DNA from: an uncultured cyanobacterium
Lineage (GTDB): Bacteria > Cyanobacteriota > Cyanobacteriia > Cyanobacteriales > Nostocaceae
Reading direction: 5' to 3'
Assembly: GCA_963740315.1 (NCBI GenBank)
Contig: CAVUDP010000002.1
Location: 288,001-352,000, forward strand
DNA: 64,000 nt
Shown: positions 9,491-20,415 of the stretch, one piece after another
Layout of the letters: every line of letters starts with the position of its first letter
Position numbering within the stretch: the stretch's first letter is position 1
The notes under the pieces: model-generated
Told to the model about the DNA's origin: nothing
Databases searched by the model: none
Seen by the model: only the letters and a program-made list of their open reading frames with translations
Position numbers and translations under genes: made by a program

Positions 9491-10985
9491 TCAAAGCTAC
9501 TTTTGGAGTTACTATCTTTTCAATAGCAGGAATATGGGCAACTATTGCAGTGGTTGTAGGTTCGCTCCAACGCACTAACCAACTGGGTTGTACTCCCAAG
9601 AATATAATTAAGCCTGCTAAAATTATCGCTGGCATTTTCTCATTCCATAAAACTTTGGGATAGTAAGCTAAGTCGTTGTCGAGTTTGCCAAAACAGGTAC
9701 GATTAAGCAGAATTACAAAATAAACTGCGGTTAAAGCTGTAGCGACGATGCACAATAATGTTTCAAGGGGAAATACTGGAAAGCTACCCTGAAATGCGAG
9801 GAATTCGGCGATAAATCCTGTCATACCGGGAATACCAGCACTAGCCATTCCGCTCAATACAAGTAAAGCGCTAATTATTGGTAAACCTCGTACCGGACTC
9901 AATAAACCGTTAAGCTTATCTAACTCGCGAGTTCCGACTTTGCTTTCTACAACTCCCACCAATTGGAACAGAACGGCTAAAATTATACCGTGGCTGAACA
10001 TTTGGGAAACCGCACCCACTAACGATAAAGGTGTACTGGCTGCGGCTGCTAGCAATATGTAGCCCATGTGAGCAATGGAACTATATGCTACCATCCGCTT
10101 GATATCTTTTTGCGCGATCGCCGTTACTGCTCCATAAATAGCGCTGAGCGCTCCCCAAATTGCTAAAGTCGGTGCAAAGGTACTCCAAGTTTCGGGAAAT
10201 AAGCTCATTCCAAACCTTAAAATACCGTAGGTTCCTAACTTCGCCAACACTCCACCCAACATAATCGCCACGGGTGTGTTTGCTTCTACATAGGCATCGG
10301 GCAACCATGTATGCAAAGGTACTAAGGGTATTTTAATCCCAAAGCCTAGTACTATTCCCCCAAGTAAAATTATTTGCAGCGTCGCGGATAAGTTTTGGGT
10401 AGAAATAGCATTGTAATCGAAACTAGAAGAACCACTCAGCCAAACTATACCCAAGAAACTAGCTAAAATCAAAATTCCAGAAACAGAGGTGTAAATCAGG
10501 AATTTGATACCTGCATAACTACGTTTTACTCCACCCCAAATCGAAATTAATAGATAAAACGGAATTAATTCAAGTTCGTAAAATAAGAAAAATAGCAGTA
10601 GATTCTGGGCTGCAAATGCACCAGCAACGCCACCACTGACTAGTAGAATTAGAGAATAAAAAAGTCGGGGACGTTGGGTTTGTTTACTGCTGCTGTAAAT
10701 AGCAATCCAGGTAAGAAGACTATTTAACACCAACATTAATATTGAAAGTCCATCAACTCCCAATTGGTAACTCAAACCGAGAGTTTCATTCCAAGGAAGA
10801 TATTCCTGTAGCTGAATGTTGGGATTGCTAATATCAAATTTGAATAATAAAAGCAAATTCCAAACAAAAGTAATTACCGCCAGCAATCCAGCACCCAAAC
10901 GAATTCGCTCCGCAGAAATTCTTGCAGGTAATAGAGCGATGATTACCGCTCCCCAAATCGGTATCCAAATTAAAGCGCTTATCAT
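9462..10985 (-). CDS. ndhD3: NAD(P)H-quinone oxidoreductase subunit D3 (NDH-1 CO2 uptake)
   Basis: NuoM-type motifs [30 protein letters not shown]; located between ndhF3 and cupA. Confidence 0.92.
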   Translation of the reverse strand: MISALIWIPIWGAVIIALLPARISAERIRLGAGLLAVITFVWNLLLLFKFDISNPNIQLQEYLPWNETLGLSYQLGVDGLSILMLVLNSLLTWIAIYSSSKQTQRPRLFYSLILLVSGGVAGAFAAQNLLLFFLFYELELIPFYLLISIWGGVKRSYAGIKFLIYTSVSGILILASFLGIVWLSGSSSFDYNAISTQNLSATLQIILLGGIVLGFGIKIPLVPLHTWLPDAYVEANTPVAIMLGGVLAKLGTYGILRFGMSLFPETWSTFAPTLAIWGALSAIYGAVTAIAQKDIKRMVAYSSIAHMGYILLAAAASTPLSLVGAVSQMFSHGIILAVLFQLVGVVESKVGTRELDKLNGLLSPVRGLPIISALLVLSGMASAGIPGMTGFIAEFLAFQGSFPVFPLETLLCIVATALTAVYFVILLNRTCFGKLDNDLAYYPKVLWNEKMPAIILAGLIIFLGVQPSWLVRWSEPTTTAIVAHIPAIEKIVTPKVALNQLTVNSKQ

Positions 10986-10986
10986 A

Positions 10987-11093
10987 TAGTTGTTAGTGGT
11001 TAGTTGTTAGTTGTTAGTTGTTAGTGGGCATTGGACATTGGGCATTGGTAATTGGTCACTGATTACTGTTCACTGATAACTGTTCACTGATTA
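10987..11093. repeat. Heptamer short tandem repeats
   Basis: TAGTTGT, GGGCATT and TCACTGA/TAACTGT runs fill the intergenic space. Confidence 0.85.
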
Positions 11094-12962
11094 CTAATGA
11101 CCGATCGCTGTTAACTGTAAAAACTCATTTCCCCAATATTGCCAGGTAACAATCATGCCCAAGATACCGACTCCTAGAACTACGGTAATCATATAAAATT
11201 GAGTCTGTCCGGAGTTGCTGTACTTTAAATTTTCACCACCACCAAGAGATATTTGACCAACTAAATTAACAATGCCATCAACCACGGAACGGTCAAGCAT
11301 ATCTGTTAATTTTGAAAGTGAATCCACACCTAAAACAATGCTATTTTTATATAGCTTAGGCGTGTAAAAATCATTGGCAAATAAACCTTGAAAACCTTTC
11401 CAAGGAAAGCGCACGGGTTTAGGAATATTCCCTAAGTAAATCACTCCACTGATGCTACAACCGAAAATACTCGACCAAATTAATAATAGTGCAACGTCTT
11501 TATTTACAGTTGCCCAAGTTGGTAAAAGTGATAAATTTTGTAATATTAGAGGCAGATGCAGCACAAAACCGAACAAAATCATCATTGGTAGAATCATTTG
11601 CCAGCTAACTTCAGGTGAACGGGCGCTCATTAGTTTACTCTTACCACCCCAAACTAAACCAAATTCCCTAGTTAAACTAACCGCTGTTAAAGTATTGACG
11701 GCTACGATTACTCCAACTAACCAAGGTTGCGTTGTCCACAACTCCGAACCTAGTTGCAGTAATGCCCAAAAACTACCTAAAGGTGGGAACCCAATCAAAC
11801 CCAAAAAGCCTACTATATAAGCGATTGCCGATATGGGACGACGCGACCACAATCCCCCCAACTGCGTGATATCTTGAGTAATGCTGTTCCAGACGATTGT
11901 TCCCGTACTCATGACTAACAAAGCCGCACTACAAGCATGAGTAAGCACTAATAACAGCGCTGCTCGATCGTGTTGCGTCCCCACAGCGATGAACACCAAA
12001 CCCATGTAAGTACTGACTGAATAGGATAAACAGCGTTTGATGTCAATTTGCGCGATCGCAATTAACGAACCACCCACCGCACTGATTACACCAATCGCTA
12101 CCATTACGCTACTAGCGATCGGCGATAAACTTAAAACTGGTTTCAGTTCAATTAATACCCAAGCACCACTCGCGACTACTACCGAATTCCGCAAAATTGT
12201 ACTGGGAACTGGTCCTTCCATCGCTTCATCCAACCATAAATGCAGGGGAAACTGAGCGCATTTACCCATTGGACCGGCAATTAATGCTAAACATACTAAT
12301 GTCATTAGTGTCGGATCGACATTAGCTGTCGCCGCCCAATCTGCTAACTCGAAATAGTTCCAGGTTCCAGCCAAAGGATATATTGCCAATACCCCCATTA
12401 GTAGAAATAAATCTCCTACCCTTTTAGTTAAAAAAGCATCTCTAGCACCCGTTACCACCAGAGGTTGACTGAACCACAAACCTACTAATAAGTAAGTTCC
12501 TAAAGTGAGAACTTCTAGAATTACATAACTGAAAAACAAATTGTTACATAAAACTAAGGCACATAAACCAGCTTCAAATAATCCTAATAGAGAATAGAAG
12601 CGTCCCCAACCCCAATCCATTTCCATGTAGCCAATAGCATAAATCTGAGCGAGCAAATTCAACCCGCTAATTACAGTCATTGCAGCAATGCTAATTGAAG
12701 ATATTTCCAAATCAATGGTTAAACTCAAACCAGCAGTTTTTAACCAAGGTATAACTACTTCATATGCCGGTTGATTCCAACTAATTGACAGAGCAATCAA
12801 ACTGTGCGTAAACGCCAAAAATGTCATAACTGAATTGACATAACCAGCAGGTCTTGGTCCCGTTTTCTTAATTATTCCCGGCGACCAAGGAACAGCTAAA
12901 AGCCCGCCAATCAAGGCATATATAGGCACCAACCAAACTGAATCTAGCAGAAATTGCGCCAT
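11094..12962 (-). CDS. ndhF3: NAD(P)H-quinone oxidoreductase subunit F3
   Basis: TGPRPAGYVN, GYMEMDWGWGRF, KCAQFPLHLWLDEAMEGP; operon context. Confidence 0.93.
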   Translation of the reverse strand: MAQFLLDSVWLVPIYALIGGLLAVPWSPGIIKKTGPRPAGYVNSVMTFLAFTHSLIALSISWNQPAYEVVIPWLKTAGLSLTIDLEISSISIAAMTVISGLNLLAQIYAIGYMEMDWGWGRFYSLLGLFEAGLCALVLCNNLFFSYVILEVLTLGTYLLVGLWFSQPLVVTGARDAFLTKRVGDLFLLMGVLAIYPLAGTWNYFELADWAATANVDPTLMTLVCLALIAGPMGKCAQFPLHLWLDEAMEGPVPSTILRNSVVVASGAWVLIELKPVLSLSPIASSVMVAIGVISAVGGSLIAIAQIDIKRCLSYSVSTYMGLVFIAVGTQHDRAALLLVLTHACSAALLVMSTGTIVWNSITQDITQLGGLWSRRPISAIAYIVGFLGLIGFPPLGSFWALLQLGSELWTTQPWLVGVIVAVNTLTAVSLTREFGLVWGGKSKLMSARSPEVSWQMILPMMILFGFVLHLPLILQNLSLLPTWATVNKDVALLLIWSSIFGCSISGVIYLGNIPKPVRFPWKGFQGLFANDFYTPKLYKNSIVLGVDSLSKLTDMLDRSVVDGIVNLVGQISLGGGENLKYSNSGQTQFYMITVVLGVGILGMIVTWQYWGNEFLQLTAIGH

Positions 12963-13175
12963 TTATTCCCCTCTAAAGTAAGCAGCATAAATTACGGCTA
13001 TACAGTTACAACCGTCTTGTGAAAGTAATACTTAATAAAATTCAATAAGATTAAAATAATTAATCTTAAGTATATATAGAATACTATTATATCCAGCAAA
13101 AAGGAATGAGTTTGCTAGATAATTAAGCAATATTAAGTGTAATCAATTCTTATATAAGAGTTATCTATTGTAAGT

Positions 13176-13191
13176 ATAGACTTTTATCTAT
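13176..13191. promoter_or_regulatory. CcmR/NdhR (LysR-type) operator
   Basis: ATAG-ACTTTTAT-CTAT matches ATAG-N8-CTAT, ~215 bp upstream of ndhF3; a similar half-site pair lies at 13154-13168. Confidence 0.7.
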
Positions 13192-13370
13192 ATAAATTGA
13201 TTTATTTGATTTTTGATGCTTTTTAGGGATAATTTGTAGCGTTTTTAATTAGCAATAATCTGCCTGGGAATAAATACCTACGCTAATAGCCATAATCGTC
13301 TCAAGACGGATAAATAAGATTTTTTAGCCAGTAGATTGGGTGAAGCGGAGGGAGCGTAATAAATTCATTT

Positions 13371-13838
13371 TTATTCATCGGTACGGATACTACCGTCTGG
13401 CATTGTTGTATTGTGAAAAATAGCTTTCTGCAAATAAGCTTCCTCAATATTGCAACCAGTCAGATCGGCATTAGTAAGATTTACACTATCCATGCTGGCA
13501 CTACTAAGATTTGCATTTAGTAATTTTGCATTCGTTAGGTTTGCACCCATTAGTTCGCTGAATGTTAAAATTGCCTCACTTAAATCTGCTCCTTGAAGAT
13601 TTGCAAAATATAAGCTTGATAAGCCAAAGTGTGTTTTTCTAAGGTTTGCGTTATTGAAATTAACTTTATCTAACATCATCTCAGCTAAAATTGAATTGCT
13701 GAAATTTACGTTTCTTAAATCAGTACCAGCTAGCTCATCGCTTCCTTCGATAAAGGTGTTTGCAAAATTTCTTTCTCCAGCAGCGTAACGCTCAAGTATT
13801 CGATCGGCATCAATTTCTTGTCTTTGTTCAGCATCCAT
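13371..13838 (-). CDS. Pentapeptide repeat protein
   Basis: LERYAAGERNF N-terminus, A(N/D)LxxA repeats, TMPDGSI end. Confidence 0.92.
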   Translation of the reverse strand: MDAEQRQEIDADRILERYAAGERNFANTFIEGSDELAGTDLRNVNFSNSILAEMMLDKVNFNNANLRKTHFGLSSLYFANLQGADLSEAILTFSELMGANLTNAKLLNANLSSASMDSVNLTNADLTGCNIEEAYLQKAIFHNTTMPDGSIRTDE

Positions 13839-13913
13839 TTTCCAATATTACTCGCAGTCTATCACTTCAAGATTCAACTCAGAATTAAGATAACCTATAA
13901 TTGTCTCTACATT

Positions 13914-14303
13914 TTATTTTGCTTTATAATTCCTTATCTTCAGCCTTTCTGCCAACCAAGTAAACAAAACAATACCGCAAAAATCCGCAGCTAAATCAAC
14001 TAAATCAAAACTACGGTGAGGTGAAAATATTTGCAAGCATTCTTCAATTAAAACAAAAAAGCTAATAATAATCGGCACAGAGGGAAGAGACAAATTTAAA
14101 ATATTTATCTTACGTTTATTAAATGCCAAATGTCCCAAAAAAGCCGAAAATCCCACTAATAGAAAATGTAAGATTGTGTCGTAATGAGGAAATTGTTTGA
14201 TTTCATTGGGAATAATCTGTAAATAAGCTGATATAAATATTGATAAAATAATTCCAATATAAAACCAAAAGGCAACAAGCCAAGAACGATTATTTTTCAT
14301 CAC
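13914..14303 (-). CDS. VanZ-like membrane protein
   Basis: DTILHF, EECLQIFSPHRSFDLVDLAADFCG. Confidence 0.85.
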   Translation of the reverse strand: MMKNNRSWLVAFWFYIGIILSIFISAYLQIIPNEIKQFPHYDTILHFLLVGFSAFLGHLAFNKRKINILNLSLPSVPIIISFFVLIEECLQIFSPHRSFDLVDLAADFCGIVLFTWLAERLKIRNYKAK

Positions 14304-14390
14304 AGATTACATTAAAAAGCGTTTGTTAATACCTCCAAAGGATAACAAACGCAATTACGTAAATACCGCACTAATAAAGTAAAAAAAAGA

Positions 14391-15134
14391 CTAACTACTA
14401 AAGGTATCGGGTTCAACGCCCATTTCCCGTAATTTCGCTTTCAACTGCTCCACTTCAGCTTCAGCTTGCTCGGCACGTTGACGTTCTTGTTCTGCACGTT
14501 GACGTTGTTGTTCTGCCTGTTCCTCTGCTTGCTGTCTCGCCACAACTTCTTGCTGTAAAGCTTCGGCTAATTCATCGGGTATCAGCAGCTTTTCACCGTT
14601 ATCTTCTCGGTAAAAGCCAATTAATCGCCCTTCGATTTGCAAGCGCAATTGTAACGGTTCGCTGCGGCTATCGGTAATAGATTCGTAGATTTCCCCCCGC
14701 AACCTATAGCCGCGTAATTTTTCTTCTATCCATTCGCCTTTGGGGTCAAATAGCCAGTATTCTTTGACACCTAGCTGTTCGTAAAGCGTCTTTTTGAAAA
14801 CCCGATCTTTATCTTGCGTACCACCAGAAGTCATTTCAAAAATTACACTGGGAACTTGCCCTTCTTCCCACAGTTTATAATTATCGCGTCCGCCGGGAGC
14901 AACATCAAAAATTACCATTACATCTGGCGCAACCCGCAGTTTGGGAAAACCTTGGGAATAGTATAAAAACTGGTCGCCCAAAACCGTTGCTTGACGATTT
15001 GTAAGATATTGCTTTAGAACTTCGAGAGTAGTTAGTAAAGCATAAAGATGGTCAAAAGTTTCCGCCACTGGTTCTCCATCAGCGCTGGGGTAGAAGATTT
15101 CGGTTTGGTTTGCGACAGGTAAAGTAGCTGTCAT
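14391..15134 (-). CDS. Uma2 family (DUF820) endonuclease-fold protein
   Basis: YPSADGEPVAE, VAPDVMV, FEMTS, LGVKEYWLFDP, C-terminal QRAEQ coiled coil. Confidence 0.92.
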   Translation of the reverse strand: MTATLPVANQTEIFYPSADGEPVAETFDHLYALLTTLEVLKQYLTNRQATVLGDQFLYYSQGFPKLRVAPDVMVIFDVAPGGRDNYKLWEEGQVPSVIFEMTSGGTQDKDRVFKKTLYEQLGVKEYWLFDPKGEWIEEKLRGYRLRGEIYESITDSRSEPLQLRLQIEGRLIGFYREDNGEKLLIPDELAEALQQEVVARQQAEEQAEQQRQRAEQERQRAEQAEAEVEQLKAKLREMGVEPDTFSS

Positions 15135-15396
15135 AGAAATTTTGGATTTTGGATTTTAGATTTTGGATTTCTTCTATGAATAAACGATCGGGCTTGAGTC
15201 CTTTTTTATTGTAGCTGGCGGTTACAAAGCGCATCTAAATGGATTTTATGGTAAATAAATATTTTTTGCATATACAGCATGCAGATAAATAAGGTACAAC
15301 TCTATATAACAAAACTCTTGTGGGATGAGCATCCCACAAGATTGTATTTGACTGAAGTGAAAACCGCTATAATTGCGAATGCAATCCAAAATTGTT

Positions 15397-15660
15397 CTAC
15401 CCTGCTTGCTGATTAGCTTGCTCTTGCAACCAAGAATCAACTGGTTGTCCATCTTTACGCTTTAACTCAATTTCAACAACCATCACTTCCTTAGAACCTG
15501 GAGGTGCGGGTTTTTTGTGGAAAATAATGTCATAATCAGCAGGATTTTGATTGCGTTCTTTTAACCAATCCTGCACTTTTGTTGTTGCAAAGAACGATTG
15601 CCCTTGCTCAAACATCGAGGTAATCTGCATTTGCAGGTTGTAAGGATTTAGTTTACCCAT
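15397..15660 (-). CDS. Small hypothetical protein (87 aa)
   Basis: Well-formed globular ORF with an AAAGGCGG RBS-like sequence upstream. Confidence 0.75.
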   Translation of the reverse strand: MGKLNPYNLQMQITSMFEQGQSFFATTKVQDWLKERNQNPADYDIIFHKKPAPPGSKEVMVVEIELKRKDGQPVDSWLQEQANQQAG

Positions 15661-15728
15661 TTAAAGCCGCCTTTGTAAAGAAATTTGTAGTTTGCGTATT
15701 GTCTCAGCTATTTTTCTATAATAAATAA

Positions 15729-15890
15729 TGTACGGCAGGGAGTGCCGGAATTAACGCTTGAGGAGCTAGTTGAGAGACTAGGATAACACTGATTCCGGAT
15801 ATAGGCAGTGTGCCCAAGAAGCTAAACCCTTGTGGTTTATGCACTTCAAAATTTTTAAGGATGGGCAGGCTTTTGTCTGCCCCCTAACAT
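15729..15890 (+). ncRNA. Candidate structured small RNA
   Basis: TATAAT at 15717-15722; stems CCGGAATTA/TGATTCCGG, CTAGT/ACTAG and TAAACC/GGTTTA; terminator-like GGGCAGGC-TTTT-GTCTGCCC at 15863-15882; GC-rich in AT-rich surroundings; no ORF. Confidence 0.55.
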
Positions 15891-16299
15891 TTTTAACTAC
15901 TCGACAATATTTTTATATTCAACTATACGGTTAAGTTTTAGTTTTTGTCTGATTAATTTTACAACTACAATTTTAAAAAATCTGCGATCGCACCCACATC
16001 TGCAATGGTATCGCTTGTCGGAAGCGGTGGTAATCCGTTATCGAAGTTTCTGGAATTTTAAGTAGTAGTGAAAATATAATCTTTGGTTGATTGAAGAGAT
16101 GTAGCGTGTTGCTGCGTCTCTTTTTTATCATCGGGTTTATTTAAAGTGTATTTATTGTACACAACTGAAAACAGCTTACAAATTACATGGACTCATACAA
16201 GTAGAAAACTGTTAAAATAATTAGATAATCTTGATTGATATCGCTTGAACTAATTTACTAATTTGTATCGCGATTCTTAACAAGACGAATATACTAACT

Positions 16300-17445
16300 T
16301 TACCAAAAACTAGTCATAACTCCTGCAAAGTCACTTTGATTTATGTTGCCCAAAATATAAAGATAAGTATCAAACAATGTACAATAATTAACGTTAAGTA
16401 ATCGCGTCCGTAGAAATTTAGCTAATCTATTATAGTCTTCATCAGAGTGATAGTAAAAGTCGTCAAATTCTTCGTATACTATAAATCTTGCTAATTTTAA
16501 TAACCTATCAATTGCTAAATCTCTTCTATCAGCAACTGTCCAAACGTAATCGGAATCAAATCGAGACGTTTTTTGTGAATCGCTAATAAATATACCAGCG
16601 TGTTCCATCATTTGTAAGATGTTTTCCAAATTATCCACAAAATCTAATTGTCGATCGCAACAAAATCTTTGTTTGAATTCGACTTGTAAGTTAACGTCCG
16701 GAACTTTTCTAATATTGTGACTATAGCGATATTTAGATGTAATTGCTATCCAATCACCTTGAGGAATTTTCCCAACAAAAATAGCAGCACGAACATAAGT
16801 TGTTACACCTCGAATAGAATCAATTTCACCCGGTTTATAATCTTCTGTATCTGCTGTTGTTAAAGTGAGACGATAAATTCTAAAATTCTCAAGATGAGTT
16901 TGCAAAAAATCTATCAATAATCTGATTTCTTCAGCTAACTCTTGTGGTGGTTGCTTAAGATATAGTTTTTCTAGGTTATATATTTCATCTGCATTGTAAT
17001 ACGATTGTCGCGACCAACCCAAAATTTCTTCATTAACGCCTCTATTCAAAAAATCTTCTGTATCCCAGGCTGTTAAATCGAATAACCCAGAAGCTTTGAA
17101 TTCACCTAACTTATCGTATTCCCAGATAAAAGGTACAAAACCGTTATTAGCTTCCCAACCATCATCATAAACTGTGTAACGCATGGGATGAGGTTTATAA
17201 ATGACATCTTCAACCGCCGAAATAAAATTTGCACTTCCAGGCTTAAGCTTACTCCTCAATCGTTTTTCTCTCCATTCCCAAATCATTGAATGAACATCTT
17301 TACCAATTTCGGCATCATTCAAATTTGCTCGTACTAATTTCAAGCCTGTTTGTCCGCAATTTAAAGCTTCCCTTAACGCTTGAAGCCGAGTTTCTTTATT
17401 TTCGCTAGCTATTCTTTGTTTAATATCTTGCAAATCAGTCATCAT
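16300..17445 (-). CDS. Hypothetical protein: N-terminal HEAT-like helix pair plus possible nuclease A inhibitor (NuiA)-like repeats
   Basis: ETRLQALREALNCGQTGL; FVPFIWE and FLQTHLENFRIY/FLRTRLLNVNY repeated motifs. Confidence 0.5.
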   Translation of the reverse strand: MMTDLQDIKQRIASENKETRLQALREALNCGQTGLKLVRANLNDAEIGKDVHSMIWEWREKRLRSKLKPGSANFISAVEDVIYKPHPMRYTVYDDGWEANNGFVPFIWEYDKLGEFKASGLFDLTAWDTEDFLNRGVNEEILGWSRQSYYNADEIYNLEKLYLKQPPQELAEEIRLLIDFLQTHLENFRIYRLTLTTADTEDYKPGEIDSIRGVTTYVRAAIFVGKIPQGDWIAITSKYRYSHNIRKVPDVNLQVEFKQRFCCDRQLDFVDNLENILQMMEHAGIFISDSQKTSRFDSDYVWTVADRRDLAIDRLLKLARFIVYEEFDDFYYHSDEDYNRLAKFLRTRLLNVNYCTLFDTYLYILGNINQSDFAGVMTSFW

Positions 17446-17555
17446 TAATTATTTACAATTCATCTGTACTAGAATATCAAGATTATGTGTTCGTTTTTTA
17501 AATGTTTAAACTAAAGTTTTCTCAAAGATTTAAACTTATAGTAAATCTGTAGGAA

Positions 17556-17816
17556 TTGCTTGTTATGTCACTCAACGAAATACTCAACGAACTAGAATCC
17601 CTTAAACCAGAAGAATTACAGCAGCTTCATCAAGCTATACAACAGCGTCTTGAAGTTGAAGAAACTACCGTGCAAAGTACTTTTCACGAAGCGTTGTTAA
17701 CATCCGGTTTAGTCAAAGAAATTAAAAAACCATTTGATAATCAAGAAAAAGAGCGAAAATTGATTCAAATACAAGGTAAATGTGTTTCTGATACAATAAT
17801 CGAGGAACGTCGCTGA
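17556..17816 (+). CDS. Putative antitoxin of a VapC toxin
   Basis: 86 aa, ends 3 bp before the PIN gene; C-terminal GKCVSDTIIEERR motif. Confidence 0.8.
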   Translation: MLVMSLNEILNELESLKPEELQQLHQAIQQRLEVEETTVQSTFHEALLTSGLVKEIKKPFDNQEKERKLIQIQGKCVSDTIIEERR

Positions 17817-17819
17817 ATA

Positions 17820-18284
17820 ATGGCTATTTACTTTATTGATAGCAGTGCTTTAGTCAAACGTTATATCAACGAAACTGGTTCTAAATGGATTTTAAATTTA
17901 TTTAAACAAGGATTAAATAATGAAGTATTTATTGCCGCGATTGCAGGTGTTGAAATTGTCGCTGCAATTACAAGACGAGGGCGGGGTGGCAGTATTAATG
18001 TTACGGATGCAACAACAGCATGCAATCAGTTTAAATACGATCTTGTATCTGAGTATCAAGTTATTCAAATCACCGAAAGTATTATAAATTCTGCAATGGC
18101 ATTAGTCCAAGTTCGAGGATTAAGAGGTTATGATGCAGTTCAATTAGCAGCTGGTTGTGCGGTAAATACTATATGTATAGCTCATAGTTTACCTCCAGCA
18201 ATATTTGTATCTGCCGACAATGAATTAAATGCAGCAGCAGCAAATGAAGGTTTAATAATTGAAAATCCTAATAATTATCCGTAA
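17820..18284 (+). CDS. vapC: VapC PIN-domain toxin
   Basis: YFIDSSALVKRY...E, LRGYDAVQLA, FVSADNEL. Confidence 0.9.
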   Translation: MAIYFIDSSALVKRYINETGSKWILNLFKQGLNNEVFIAAIAGVEIVAAITRRGRGGSINVTDATTACNQFKYDLVSEYQVIQITESIINSAMALVQVRGLRGYDAVQLAAGCAVNTICIAHSLPPAIFVSADNELNAAAANEGLIIENPNNYP

Positions 18285-18529
18285 AATAATTTTATTAACT
18301 AGATTTCCTACAAATTAATAAAGACTTGCAAAAGCAAGTCTCTACATTATTAATTATTGATTCTAAATAACGACTTCTTTTCTCTTAATCTCTTTCCTCT
18401 GCGTACTCTGCGCCTAGTAAGGTTTTTTTTAATTATCTCTACCAGCAAAGGAATAGTTACCACCCAAATAAAGAAAGACGTTGCAGTGCAACGTCTCTAC
18501 ATTATTAATTATTCAATTTTAGCCAATCA

Positions 18530-20209
18530 TTACTTTAAAGCACCTAAAACTGGCGCAATTTCTGCTTCTACATTTGGTGTCAAAAGTCCTTTTGCATAAA
18601 CACCGGGATTAGTTTGGGCAATTTGAGTATAAGACTCTCGCACGTGAGCATTTACCGCTACTGTCTTCACGTCGTATATCTGCATTGCAACTTTGGGATA
18701 AAACCCGATTCCGACGATTACTATTAGGAAACAAGCTGCAATAAATACTTCACGGGGGCTGGCATCTCTGTAAACCGACTCACCTGGTAAAAGGCAATCG
18801 GTACCGAAACAAGCCGTACCTTCTGCTTCTAAATTCTCAAATCTAGAGTTACCAATATCGCAGACAACTTTACCTTCGCCGTAAAATACCTGTTTCAACA
18901 AGTCAAGTAGATAAATCGGAGTCAGAATAATTCCTACTGAAGCGAGGAAAACCGTTACGGTACAAAAGGTTGAACTGTAAATATCGCTTGTAGTGACACC
19001 AACTAATACTGAAAGTTCGCTGATAAAGCCGCTCATACCCGGAAGCGCTAGGGAAGCCATTGCAGCTATGGTACACAAAGCGAAAACTTTCGGCATTGCT
19101 TGCCCGACACCGCCCATCTCATCCATTTTCATTGTTTGGGTGCGATCGTATGTCACCCCAGCCAAGAAGAATAATACCGATGCAATTAAACCGTGGGAAA
19201 TCATTTGCAACATTGCACCGTTGACTCCCAAGTCGGTGAAGGAAGCGATACCCAGCAGCACAAATCCCATGTGAGAAACTGAGGAGTAAGCCAAACGTCG
19301 CTTCATATGAGTTTGAGCAAAGGAATTTAAAGCACCGTAAATAATGTTAATTACCCCAAGGGTTGCTAAAACTGGTGCAAAATAAATGTGTGCGTCGGTA
19401 AGTAATTCTAAATTCAGCCTAATTAAGCCGTATCCACCCATTTTGAGCAATACACCCGCCAAAATCATCGATACGGGAGCGGAAGCTTCGCCGTGTGCGT
19501 CTGGCAGCCAAGTATGTAAGGGGAAAATAGCTAATTTTACGCCGAATGCAATTAATAATCCCGCATACAGCAACAACTCAAAACCCAGTGAATAATCTTT
19601 CGTTGCCAAAGTTGCGATATCAAAAGTTACATTTTCGCCGCCGTATAAAGCCATTGCGATCGCGGCGACTAAAATAAATATCGAAGCGGCTGCGGTGTAG
19701 AGTATGAACTTAGTTGCTGCATAACGTCGCTTTTTACCGCCCCAAATGTTAATCAGTAAATATACGGGAACAAGTTCGACTTCCCACATAATAAAGAACA
19801 ACATTAAATCTTGGGCAACAAACACCCCAACCTGTGCCGAATACAGCACCAACATGAGAAAATAAAATAAACGCGGTCTGCGATCGACTTGCCAAGCCGA
19901 AAACATCGCCAGCGTCGTCACAAAACCCGCCAAAAGTACTAAAGGAACAGACAAACCATCGACAGAGACAGCCCAGTTAAAACCCAACTGAGGTACCCAA
20001 GCATAACTTTCCGCAAGCTGAAAACTTGCATTGCTTGCGTCGTAATGCCGCCAAAAGGTAAAACACATCAACAAAAAGTCTGCCATACCCACACCAACGG
20101 CATACCAGCGGATGAATTTACCATCTTTATCTGGCAATACAGGGATGAGAAAGGAAGCGAAGAGTGGAAATAATATTATTGCGGTAAGCCAAGGAAAATG
20201 TTCCGCCAT
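18530..20209 (-). CDS. ndhD2: NAD(P)H-quinone oxidoreductase subunit 4 (NdhD2-type)
   Basis: FPWLTAII...[28 protein letters not shown]; stand-alone gene with a Cys-containing insert near the C-terminus. Paralogue number inferred. Confidence 0.8.
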   Translation of the reverse strand: MAEHFPWLTAIILFPLFASFLIPVLPDKDGKFIRWYAVGVGMADFLLMCFTFWRHYDASNASFQLAESYAWVPQLGFNWAVSVDGLSVPLVLLAGFVTTLAMFSAWQVDRRPRLFYFLMLVLYSAQVGVFVAQDLMLFFIMWEVELVPVYLLINIWGGKKRRYAATKFILYTAAASIFILVAAIAMALYGGENVTFDIATLATKDYSLGFELLLYAGLLIAFGVKLAIFPLHTWLPDAHGEASAPVSMILAGVLLKMGGYGLIRLNLELLTDAHIYFAPVLATLGVINIIYGALNSFAQTHMKRRLAYSSVSHMGFVLLGIASFTDLGVNGAMLQMISHGLIASVLFFLAGVTYDRTQTMKMDEMGGVGQAMPKVFALCTIAAMASLALPGMSGFISELSVLVGVTTSDIYSSTFCTVTVFLASVGIILTPIYLLDLLKQVFYGEGKVVCDIGNSRFENLEAEGTACFGTDCLLPGESVYRDASPREVFIAACFLIVIVGIGFYPKVAMQIYDVKTVAVNAHVRESYTQIAQTNPGVYAKGLLTPNVEAEIAPVLGALK

Positions 20210-20415
20210 GATGTCAATAAGAAAAAATACTCATTTTATTATTAGTGTCATTTTACTAAACTTTGTAACATTTCTTTAATAAAGTTTTGTAGAGGGTAAT
20301 CATAGAGAGATTGAAGATGGAAGAAAAAAGACTTTTAATAATCTGCTTCATTTTTCTTCATAATTTGACACAATAGAGATATCACTTATCCTTATATAAA
20401 TCAACTTCAATTCTT

